A DNA stretch of 41,626 bases from Candidatus Acidiferrum sp. (lineage in GTDB: Bacteria; Pseudomonadota; Gammaproteobacteria; Pseudomonadales; Pseudohongiellaceae). The position numbers were made by a program, and so were the translations under genes. The notes below the pieces were generated by a model that was not told the DNA's origin, did not search any database, and was given only the letters and a program-made list of their open reading frames with translations. Every line of letters starts with the position of its first letter. Position 1 is the stretch's first letter. Positions 26,511 through 34,730 of this stretch are shown piece after piece. The stretch is taken from positions 1 to 41,626 of the forward strand of contig DATJXP010000294.1 of NCBI GenBank assembly GCA_035500035.1. The letters are read 5' to 3'.

Positions 26511-27311
26511 ATGACGCCAGACAATCCCAACGCCATCACGATACGCGATCTCGTGGTGGACTACGGCCCGCGCCGCATCCTGCACAGCGTCAACCTCGAC
26601 ATCCCGCTCGGCCAGATCATGGTGATCATGGGCCAAAGCGGTGCCGGCAAAAGTACGCTGCTGCGCTGCATCCTGGGCCTGAAAAAACCGTCCAGCGGCA
26701 GCATCCACATGCTGGGCACCGACATCGCCACCGCCACCCGCAAGGAAATCTACGACGTGCGCAAGCACATCGGCGTCGCCTTCCAGGGCGGCGCATTGTT
26801 CTCGTCGATGACAGTGGCGGAGAACATCCAGTTGCCGCTGCGCGAGCACACCAACCTCGACGACAAGACCATCGAGATCATGACCCGCATCAAGCTGGAC
26901 ATGGTCGATATGCTGCCGGCCGAACACCTGATGCCGGCCGAGTTGTCTGGCGGCATGACCAAACGCGCGGCGCTGGCGCGCGCGATCATCATGGATCCGA
27001 AACTGCTGTTCTTCGACGAACCCTCGTCCGGTCTCGATCCGAGCACCGCGGCCGAACTCGACCAGTTGATCATCACGCTGAAGAACTCGATGGGCATGAC
27101 CATCGTCGTGGTGACGCACGAGCTCGACAGCATCTTCAAGATCGCCGACCACATCGCCGTGGTGCACCAGGGCAACATCCTGGAAACCGGCACGCCGCAG
27201 CAGATCACCGCCTCGACCAATCCGGAGATCCAGGGCCTGCTGAACCGCAAGCCGCGCGAAAACATCGTCGATGCCGACGCCCACCTGCGCCGCCTGACCG
27301 GAGGATTCTAG
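26511..27311 (+). CDS. mlaF: Phospholipid ABC transporter ATP-binding protein MlaF
   Basis: Walker A GQSGAGKSTLL, signature LSGGMTKRAALARA and Walker B LLFFDEPSSGLD. Context with mlaE and mlaD. Confidence 0.9.
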   Translation: MTPDNPNAITIRDLVVDYGPRRILHSVNLDIPLGQIMVIMGQSGAGKSTLLRCILGLKKPSSGSIHMLGTDIATATRKEIYDVRKHIGVAFQGGALFSSMTVAENIQLPLREHTNLDDKTIEIMTRIKLDMVDMLPAEHLMPAELSGGMTKRAALARAIIMDPKLLFFDEPSSGLDPSTAAELDQLIITLKNSMGMTIVVVTHELDSIFKIADHIAVVHQGNILETGTPQQITASTNPEIQGLLNRKPRENIVDADAHLRRLTGGF

Positions 27312-28099
27312 TGATCAAGTCCATCGAAAACCTCGGCGCCTGGGTGCTCGACGTGCTGGACCAGACCGGCCGCACGTCGTTGATGCTGCTGGAAGCGATC
27401 TGGGAAATCCTGCAGCCGCCGTACCGTTTTTATCCGATCGTGCGGCAGATGTACTTCATCGGCGCCCGCTCGCTGACGCTGATCATCTTCTCCGGTATCA
27501 CCATCGGCATGGTGCTGGGCCTGCAGTTCTACAACATCCTGCAGCGCTTCGGCTCGGTCGATCTGCTCGGCTCCGGCGTGGCGCTCGGCGTGATCCGCGA
27601 ACTCGGCCCGGTGATGACGGCATTGATGGTGGTCGGCCGCGCCGGCTCGTCGATCACCGCCGAACTCGGCATCATGCGCATCACCGAACAGGTCGATGCG
27701 CTCGAGTGCATGGCGGTGTCGCCCGACAAATTCCTGATCGCGCCCAAGGTGGTGGCCGGCATCCTGTCGGTGCCGCTGCTGACGATGGTGTTCGACTTCG
27801 TCGCGCTGTACGGCGGCTATTTCGTCGGCGTCATCATGTTCGGCGTGGCACCCGGCTCGTACATGAACGGCATGATCGACGCCATCGAGATGCCGGACGT
27901 CCGGCTCGGCCTGGTCAAATCGCTGATCTTCGGCGGCCTGGTCACCCTGATCGCCTGTTCGCGCGGTTTCTACATCCACCTGACGCGTGCCGGTTCCCAG
28001 GGTGCCGAAGGCGTCAGCTCGGCCACCACTGATGCGGTAGTGCTGTCGTCGATCGGCGTGCTGTTTGCCGACTTCCTGATCGGCGCGCTGATGAAATGA
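27311..28099 (+). CDS. mlaE: Phospholipid ABC transporter permease MlaE
   Basis: The block ELGPVMTALMVVGRAGSSITAELGIMRITEQVDALE is characteristic of MlaE. GTG start overlaps the mlaF TAG (TAGTG), and GGAGGA lies upstream. Confidence 0.9.
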   Translation: MIKSIENLGAWVLDVLDQTGRTSLMLLEAIWEILQPPYRFYPIVRQMYFIGARSLTLIIFSGITIGMVLGLQFYNILQRFGSVDLLGSGVALGVIRELGPVMTALMVVGRAGSSITAELGIMRITEQVDALECMAVSPDKFLIAPKVVAGILSVPLLTMVFDFVALYGGYFVGVIMFGVAPGSYMNGMIDAIEMPDVRLGLVKSLIFGGLVTLIACSRGFYIHLTRAGSQGAEGVSSATTDAVVLSSIGVLFADFLIGALMK

Positions 28100-28118
28100 T
28101 TTCTGCAAGGAGAACCCA

Positions 28119-28595
28119 ATGAAAAAATTCAACGTGCAACTGATCACCGGCCTGTTCGTGCTGCTGGGCATTGCCACCTTCACGTACCAGGCGGTGACGC
28201 TCGGCGGCGCCAGCATCACCGAACAGAAGGGCTACACGCTGAAGGCCAAGTTCAACTCGATCTCGGGGCTGCGCGTCGGCAGCGTGGTGGAAGCGGCCGG
28301 CGTGCGCGTCGGTACCGTCAGCGGCATCAAGTTCGATCCCGACAATTACCAGGCCATGGTCACGCTGCGCATCAACGACGGCGTGCCGGTGCAGCAGGAC
28401 GCCATCGCCTCCGTGCGCACGCAAGGCATCATCGGCGAGAAGTTCATCAAGCTGAGCGCTGGCGGGTTTCCTGAACTGCTGAAGGACGGCGACGAAATCA
28501 CGTCGACCGAATCGGCGTTGAGCCTGGAAGAACTGGTCAGCAAATACATATTCGACAGCGGCAGCAACGACAAGAAAGACAAAGAAAAGCAATAG
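28119..28595 (+). CDS. mlaD: MCE-domain protein MlaD
   Basis: N-terminal TM plus an MCE domain (ISGLRVGSVVEAAGVRVGTVSGIKFD). AAGGAGA RBS. Confidence 0.9.
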   Translation: MKKFNVQLITGLFVLLGIATFTYQAVTLGGASITEQKGYTLKAKFNSISGLRVGSVVEAAGVRVGTVSGIKFDPDNYQAMVTLRINDGVPVQQDAIASVRTQGIIGEKFIKLSAGGFPELLKDGDEITSTESALSLEELVSKYIFDSGSNDKKDKEKQ

Positions 28596-28645
28596 TACGA
28601 ACGTGTCTGCGAGGGGATTTCATCCACCGACAAAGAATCCGTGCC

Positions 28646-29404
28646 ATGAACCTGAAATCACATCTCCAAACCCTGACTCTCGTCACCCTCACCGCCGTTA
28701 CTTTGGCCTTGCCAAGCCATAGCGCCCTAGGCGCGGAGGCTGGTGGCGCCCAAGGCCAGGACGAATTCTTCGACTTCGATGCCGCCAGCAAGGATTCGGG
28801 GACGCCCACGATCTCCGACCCGCTGGAAAAGCTCAACCGCGCCACGTTCGTGTTCAACGACAAGGCCTACCGCTACGTGATGAAACCGGTGGCAAAGGGC
28901 TTGCGGGTATTTCCGGAACCGGTGCGTACCGGCTTCTCCAATTTCTTCAGCAACCTCGGTGCGCCGGTATCGGCCATCAGCGCCTTGCTGCAGGGCGATC
29001 CGCGCAACGCCGGCACCGAACTCGGCCGCTTCGTGCTCAACACCACGGTTGGCCTGCTCGGTTTTCTCGATCCCGCCACCGATGCCGGTCTGGTGCAGGA
29101 CGAAGAAGATCTGGGCCAGACGATGGCAAGGTGGGGCGTAGGCCATGGCTTCTACCTGGTGGTGCCGCTCTATGGCTCCAGCAGCTTGCGCGATTTCACC
29201 GGCACGCTGGCGACCGGCGCCATCAACCCGTTGTTCCAGAACCTCGACACCGGTGAAGTCATCGGCATCACCGCCGCGTCCGCCGAAGTGAGCCTGTCGC
29301 TCGACAAGGACACCTATGAAGCCTTCTACGATGGTGCTATCGACCCCTACGTGTTCTTCCGCAGCGCCTGGGTGCAGAACCGCGCCGGCAAGGTCAAGCA
29401 ATGA
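28646..29404 (+). CDS. mlaA: MlaA/VacJ family outer-membrane protein (no lipobox cysteine)
   Basis: DPLEKLNRATFVFNDKAYRYVMKPVAKG is the VacJ signature region. The N-terminal signal peptide ends ALPSHSALGA-EA, with no Cys. Confidence 0.85.
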   Translation: MNLKSHLQTLTLVTLTAVTLALPSHSALGAEAGGAQGQDEFFDFDAASKDSGTPTISDPLEKLNRATFVFNDKAYRYVMKPVAKGLRVFPEPVRTGFSNFFSNLGAPVSAISALLQGDPRNAGTELGRFVLNTTVGLLGFLDPATDAGLVQDEEDLGQTMARWGVGHGFYLVVPLYGSSSLRDFTGTLATGAINPLFQNLDTGEVIGITAASAEVSLSLDKDTYEAFYDGAIDPYVFFRSAWVQNRAGKVKQ

Positions 29405-29491
29405 CCGCGGTTCAGCCCTGGTTGCGGGACTGACGTTATAATCCACGCCGCCACGGCCAGTCTGCGCGTGGCTCACGCCCAAGGAGCTCCC

Positions 29492-30139
29492 ATGTCGATC
29501 CGCTTCCCGTCATTTGCCCGCACCCGCCACCTCGCGTCTGTCGGCCGCCGCCTGTTGCTCGCGTTCGCGCTGTTGCTGCCGCTGGCCGTTGCCGGTCTGG
29601 CCACTGCTGCCGATGCAGACGGCCCGGGCGCAGCCGTCAAAGTCACCGTGGAGAACATCCTCGCCATCCTGCGCAAACCCGGCTTCAAGTTCGAAACCGA
29701 CCGCCCGGCCATCAGCGCCGAAGTACGCAAGGCGTTCGATGACGTGGCGATGGCGCAGAGCGTGCTGTCCACCAACTGGAAAATGCTCAATCCCGACCAG
29801 CAGACCGAATTCAAGGGCCTGATGCTGCAGACCATCGAAAGCACCTACATCGGCCGCATCAAGGCCTACACCAACGAAACAGTGCAATACCGCAAGGAAG
29901 AGGTGAAAGGCTCGCTGGCCACCGTCGATACCGCCATCGTCACCAGCTCCAAGGAAATCCCGGTCAACTACAAGCTGCGCAAGCGCTCGGACGGCTGGTT
30001 CGTCTATGACGTCGAAGTCGAGAACGTCAGCATGGTCAGCACCTACCGCGACAGCTACCGCGATATTTTTGCCAAAGAGGGCATCGCCGGCCTGCTGAAA
30101 CAGATGAAAGCCAAGATCGCCGAGCTGGAAACCAAATAA
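29492..30139 (+). CDS. mlaC: Periplasmic phospholipid-binding protein MlaC (Ttg2D/toluene-tolerance family)
   Basis: Signal peptide LLLAFALLLPLAVAGLATAADA, size about 215 aa, and position after mlaD/mlaA. AAGGAG lies 5 nt upstream of the ATG at 29492. Confidence 0.8.
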   Translation: MSIRFPSFARTRHLASVGRRLLLAFALLLPLAVAGLATAADADGPGAAVKVTVENILAILRKPGFKFETDRPAISAEVRKAFDDVAMAQSVLSTNWKMLNPDQQTEFKGLMLQTIESTYIGRIKAYTNETVQYRKEEVKGSLATVDTAIVTSSKEIPVNYKLRKRSDGWFVYDVEVENVSMVSTYRDSYRDIFAKEGIAGLLKQMKAKIAELETK

Positions 30140-30318
30140 CGCACCAACCCCGTGCTTGCCCCTGCGGCGGCCACGGGAATTTGTGGCGGATTTCCACATT
30201 TTCACCGGTTGCCGAGCTTGCCCGGACGGCGTGTGCGCATGCTAAAATGCGCGCCGCTTTTTCCATCCCTTCCCGGTTTCACATAGCTGCAGCCCAAAGC
30301 GCACCAGACCTACCCGCC

Positions 30319-31128
30319 ATGGCCCAAGTTTTAAGCCTGAAAGAAATCCGTTCCAGCACCACCCTCAAAGGTGAAATAGCCAAACTCGAAGACGAGCGCG
30401 CCCAACTACAGGCGCAACTTGAGCGTGCGCGCCAGTTGGAAAAGAAACTGCAGGAAGACCTGCTCGAACAGAAAAAGGATTTCGAGCACCTGGAAAAACA
30501 ATTCGAGCACTTTGCCGGCATCGAAGCCGAGTACGAAGCGCTGCAGCAGGAAGTGCAGATGGAACGCCTCGAAAAACTGATCGACGGCGACAAGAAGGAC
30601 AACGTCCTCAACGGCCAGCTCAAGAAGCTGCGCGACGACCTCAAGGCCGCCACCGACGAACTGAAGGAGCTCAGGCAGATGGATCCCGAGCGCCTCAAAC
30701 GCCAGGCTGCCGACCTCAAGAAAAAAACCCAGCAGCAAGCCACCGACAACCAGGCGCTCAATACCGCGCTGGTCAAGGCGCGCAAGGATCTCAAGGACAC
30801 CACTACCGACAAGGAAAAGTTCGAAGGCGAACTGAAAGCCAGCCGCAACGGCACCGATTTCTTCTGGCAATCGGTGGATGGCGCCTGGGTGCTGTACGAG
30901 TGCAGCATCGTGCTGAAAGATCAGCAGGTTGACGATCCCGACAAATACAAACGCATCCGCTGCCTGCACACGCTGACCGGCATGAGCGCGCTGTCGAACG
31001 GCAAGGACGACAACGACAAGGCCCTCTGGCTCGGCACGTTGGAAATCCCCGACGATGTCACCGTCGAAGCCGGCAAGCGCCTGCTCAGCATCGCCGCCGA
31101 ACTGGAAGACGACGGCAGCGACAAGTAA
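30319..31128 (+). CDS. Hypothetical cytoplasmic protein: long Glu/Lys/Gln-rich coiled coil plus a small C-terminal globular domain
   Basis: About 190 aa of heptad-like sequence (KLEDERAQLQAQLERARQLEKKLQEDLLEQKKDFEHLEKQFEH...), then FFWQSVDGAWVLYECSIVLKD...IRCLHTLTG. No signal peptide or TM and no recognisable motif. I chose the ATG at 30319 because codons upstream have low GC3. Confidence 0.6.
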   Translation: MAQVLSLKEIRSSTTLKGEIAKLEDERAQLQAQLERARQLEKKLQEDLLEQKKDFEHLEKQFEHFAGIEAEYEALQQEVQMERLEKLIDGDKKDNVLNGQLKKLRDDLKAATDELKELRQMDPERLKRQAADLKKKTQQQATDNQALNTALVKARKDLKDTTTDKEKFEGELKASRNGTDFFWQSVDGAWVLYECSIVLKDQQVDDPDKYKRIRCLHTLTGMSALSNGKDDNDKALWLGTLEIPDDVTVEAGKRLLSIAAELEDDGSDK

Positions 31129-31256
31129 GCCGCTTTCCGAGCGCAGCCTTCCCTCCCACCGAACCCCGCCCGCCGTTCGCCGCGCAGGCCGGGTCAGCGC
31201 CGCATGAATGGGCTATCATTGCCCGATACCGCTGATCCTGCTGGCAATCCCCGCTC

Positions 31257-32549
31257 ATGCTCCTCGAAATGATCAGTACCGGCGAAGAAGTGTTGTCGGG
31301 ACAGATAGTCGATACCAATGCCGCCTGGTTCGCCGACAGCATGATGAATCTCGGCATCGAGCTGCAACGGCGCAGCACCGTCGGCGACCGCATGGACGAT
31401 CTGGTCGCAGTGTTTGGCGAACGCAGCCGCGCAGCCGATCTGATCCTCGTCAACGGTGGCCTCGGCCCGACCAGTGACGATCTCAGCGCCGCCGCCGCCG
31501 CGCGCGCCGCCGGCGTCGAACTGGTCGAACATCAAGGCTGGCGCACCCATCTCGATCAATGGTTCCGCAAACGCGGCCGCCCGATGGTGGCGAGCAATCT
31601 CAAGCAATGCCTGATCCCGTGCGGCGCCGTGTTGATCGACAACCCGTCCGGGTCCGCGCCGGGTTTCCGGCTCAAGCTCAACCGCGCCTGGCTGTTCTTC
31701 ACACCCGGCGTGCCGGCGGAATTCAAGCCGATGGTGAACGAGCAGTTCGTACCCTTCATGCAGCAGGAGTTCCGGCAAGACACCGCGACCCGCTTGCGCA
31801 AGCTGCTCACCTTCGGTCATGGCGAATCGCTGCTGGCGGAGCGCATCGATACGGTGCCAGTGCCTGCCGGCATCACGCTCGGTTACCGGCCGTCGCCGCC
31901 GCATGTCGAAATCAAGGTCTTCGCGCGCGGCGAAACCGCAATCGGCACGCTGGACGCTTATGTCGCCAGCCTGCAACGGCTGCTCGGCGATGCCGTCGTC
32001 TCCACCCGTTTTGCTTCGTTGACGGAGGAAGTCCATCACCTGCTGCTCGGCGGCAAGACGACGCTGGCCTTGGCCGAATCGTGCAGCGGCGGCATGCTGG
32101 CCAGCCAGCTGGTCGATTTCGCCGGTAGCTCGACCTACTTGCAGCACTCGGTGGTGGCCTATGCCAACGAAGCCAAGACGGCGTTATTGGGAGTTCCGGC
32201 TGCAACATTGCAAGCCCATGGCGCTGTCTCGCCCGAAACTGCACTGGCGATGGCAAGAGGCGCCAGAAACCGGCTCGACAGCGACTACGCGCTGGCCATC
32301 ACCGGCATCGCCGGGCCTGACGGCGGCAGCGACGACAAGCCGGTCGGCACCGTTGCCGTCGCCTTGTGCGATCGCCTGCAAAGCTGGGTACAGGTGCTGC
32401 AGTTGTCGCAACGTTCGCGCAACCTGGTCCGTACGATGAGCTGTGCCGTGGCGCTCGACATGCTGCGGCGCAGGCTGCTCGGCAGCGAACCGGTGGTGAC
32501 CTACTCGTTCCTGCCGGCCCGGCTCTCGTATCGCGAGGCCAACGGCTGA
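31257..32549 (+). CDS. cinA: CinA family protein (MoCF-binding domain fused to a PncC-type nicotinamide-nucleotide amidohydrolase)
   Basis: N-terminal [20 protein letters not shown]...[14 protein letters not shown] and C-terminal [14 protein letters not shown]. Confidence 0.85.
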   Translation: MLLEMISTGEEVLSGQIVDTNAAWFADSMMNLGIELQRRSTVGDRMDDLVAVFGERSRAADLILVNGGLGPTSDDLSAAAAARAAGVELVEHQGWRTHLDQWFRKRGRPMVASNLKQCLIPCGAVLIDNPSGSAPGFRLKLNRAWLFFTPGVPAEFKPMVNEQFVPFMQQEFRQDTATRLRKLLTFGHGESLLAERIDTVPVPAGITLGYRPSPPHVEIKVFARGETAIGTLDAYVASLQRLLGDAVVSTRFASLTEEVHHLLLGGKTTLALAESCSGGMLASQLVDFAGSSTYLQHSVVAYANEAKTALLGVPAATLQAHGAVSPETALAMARGARNRLDSDYALAITGIAGPDGGSDDKPVGTVAVALCDRLQSWVQVLQLSQRSRNLVRTMSCAVALDMLRRRLLGSEPVVTYSFLPARLSYREANG

Positions 32550-32550
32550 C

Positions 32551-34509
32551 ATGACTTTTTCGATACGCTGGAAGCTGATCGTTTCCATCATCCTGCCGCT
32601 GCTGATCATTGCCGGAGTGGTGATGGGCTTCACGTTGCGCCGCGTTTACGATTCCGCCATCCGGACGATGCAGGACCAGCACCTGCGCGAGATCAGCCTG
32701 CTTGCCACCGGCATCGACAACGAACTCGACGCCGTGCGCGGCTCGGTCGAGGATTCGGCCCGTTTCCTTGCACTGCGGCCCACGCTCAACGGCGAAGCCG
32801 TGTTCAACCTGCTGAAGGACACCATGCGCCGCGACCCGGTGATCTACGGCGCCGCGTTTGCGTTCGAGCCGTTCGCGTGGCGCAACGATCTGCGTCTGTT
32901 CGCTCCCTACGTGTTCGACAAGGACATGAAACAGCTCGATCTCAGCACCGTACTCGGTGAATACCCCTCCGGCCGCGTCGATTGGTACCAACGCGTCAAG
33001 ACCGGCGGCCAACCAGTGTGGACCGAACCGTACCTCGACAGCGTCAACCGCAGCATGCCCATCGTCACCTACGCGGTGCCGATTCGCGCCGGCGGCACTT
33101 TTATCGGCGTTGCCACGCTGGACCTGCGGCTCGACCTGTTGAACCAGCGGCTCGCTGCGCGCATGACGCCGTCGCGTTACCTGTTGATGACCCCGAGCGG
33201 TCGCTTCCTCGCCCACTACGACAGCAGCATGATCCTGAATTCCGGCCTGAGCGATATGACGGCAGCGGTGGTGAATCCGCAATTCCAGCTCATCACCAAT
33301 CACATCATGGCCGGCGACACCGGCATGGGCGTCATCGACAACCTTTATCTCGACGGCGGCATCGAGCCCGGCAATTTGTGGATCAGCTACACATCCATTC
33401 TTGCGTCGAACTGGCGGCTGGCAACCATCGCCTCCGAAAGCGACCTGATCGAGCCGGTGCGCGCCCAGATCGAAATCGCGCTGCTGGGCTTGAGCCTCAC
33501 CGTGCTGGCGATCTTCATCCTGGTATGGGTGATGAGCACGCGTCTGACGCGCCCGATCAAGACACTGGAAGCCGCGGTGTCGGAAGTGGCGCAGGGCCAT
33601 CTCGACACCCACATCGAGAACATCCGCTCCACCGACGAACTGGGCCGTCTCAGTCTCGGCTTCAACCGCATGTTGAAAAACCTGAAGAAGCAGATCGAGC
33701 TGCAAAGCCAGCAGGAAACCGCGCAGAAGCTGGTCGAGCGCGAACTGCAGATGGCGCGCGAAACGCAGAAATCGTTGCTGCCCACCGACTTCCCGCCGTT
33801 TCCGACCCGCAAGGAATTCGAACTGCACGCAGTCAACCAGGCCGCCTACCACGTGGCGGGCGACTTCTTCGATTTCTTCCTGGTCAATCCGCAGACGCTG
33901 ATCTTCGTGATCGCCGACGTCAGCGGCAAGGGCATGTCGGCGGCGCTGGTGATGGCGGTGACGCGCACCATCGTGCGCGACCTGGCGCAAAGCGGTCGCC
34001 CGCCCGGCGAAATCCTGCGCGAAACCAATGACCGCCTGCGCGACGGCCAGCGCGCCGGTGCCTTCGTCACGTTGTTTCTCGGCAGTTACGACATCGCCAC
34101 CGGCAAAGTGACCTATGCCAACGGCGGCCACCTGCCGCCCTATCTGATCAGCCAGGGCGGCAAGGTTGGCAATGTCGGCGACGCCACCGGCACCATTGTC
34201 GGCATGCTCGAAGGCATGGACTACCGCACCGCCGAATTCACGCTGAATCCCGGCGACACGCTGCTGCTGTACACCGATGGTTTTCCCGAAGCGCGTTCGC
34301 CCGCCGGCGAGTTCTACGGCATTCCGCGCATCAAGGCGTTCCTGCAAAAGCATGCAAAGGACAATTGTCTCGAGTTGTGCGAGGCCGCCATTGCCGAAAT
34401 CGCCAACTATCAGAATCACAACCTGTCGGACGACATCACGCTGCTCGCGCTCAAACGCTCGGCGAACAGCGGTGGTTTTCTGGCGGGGCTGCTGCGACCC
34501 GGAACGTGA
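32551..34509 (+). CDS. Membrane sensor phosphatase: TM, periplasmic Cache-like domain, TM, HAMP, PP2C (SpoIIE/RsbU family)
   Basis: TM1 WKLIVSIILPLLIIAGVVMGF, a periplasmic region of about 270 aa, and TM2 IALLGLSLTVLAIFILVWVM. HAMP (RPIKTLEAAVSEVAQGHLD...LGRLSLGFNRMLKNL). PP2C motifs GDFFDFF, FVIADVSGKGMSAAL and LLLYTDGFPEA. The ATG lies 1 nt after the cinA TGA. Confidence 0.85.
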   Translation: MTFSIRWKLIVSIILPLLIIAGVVMGFTLRRVYDSAIRTMQDQHLREISLLATGIDNELDAVRGSVEDSARFLALRPTLNGEAVFNLLKDTMRRDPVIYGAAFAFEPFAWRNDLRLFAPYVFDKDMKQLDLSTVLGEYPSGRVDWYQRVKTGGQPVWTEPYLDSVNRSMPIVTYAVPIRAGGTFIGVATLDLRLDLLNQRLAARMTPSRYLLMTPSGRFLAHYDSSMILNSGLSDMTAAVVNPQFQLITNHIMAGDTGMGVIDNLYLDGGIEPGNLWISYTSILASNWRLATIASESDLIEPVRAQIEIALLGLSLTVLAIFILVWVMSTRLTRPIKTLEAAVSEVAQGHLDTHIENIRSTDELGRLSLGFNRMLKNLKKQIELQSQQETAQKLVERELQMARETQKSLLPTDFPPFPTRKEFELHAVNQAAYHVAGDFFDFFLVNPQTLIFVIADVSGKGMSAALVMAVTRTIVRDLAQSGRPPGEILRETNDRLRDGQRAGAFVTLFLGSYDIATGKVTYANGGHLPPYLISQGGKVGNVGDATGTIVGMLEGMDYRTAEFTLNPGDTLLLYTDGFPEARSPAGEFYGIPRIKAFLQKHAKDNCLELCEAAIAEIANYQNHNLSDDITLLALKRSANSGGFLAGLLRPGT

Positions 34510-34730
34510 GCCCGCCTGCTTACCGCGCACTGCATGTAAGGATCGCGTAATGCTCCGGGAATCCTGCCTGACTTGGCTCGCTCGAGGCCTGATTTCGCGG
34601 TGGATATTTGCACTCTCGGTCGTAGTGGCATAGGCTTCCGCCGCTGTCCGATCAGGGCGCCGTGCAACCGCGCCGGCAGCTCAGGCCCCAGGCCACGGGC
34701 GCAACAATTACAAGGCTAGCTGAGACCCCT

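Noticed and set aside
30182-30202. Hairpin TGTGG-cggattt-CCACA plus TTTT as a terminator after mlaC
   Set aside because: A 5-bp stem is too weak to call. It may contribute to termination but is not supportable as a feature.
30247-30318. Upstream ATG (30247) or TTG (30181) as the start of the coiled-coil protein
   Set aside because: Codons in this stretch are A/T-ending (ttt, ata, gca, caa, cta), unlike coding regions here. The coiled-coil sequence begins right at the ATG at 30319.
32299-34530. 743-aa minus-strand ORF opposite the Cache-HAMP-PP2C gene
   Set aside because: It is low-complexity and Arg/Ala-rich. The plus strand has TM, HAMP and PP2C motifs and tight coupling to cinA.
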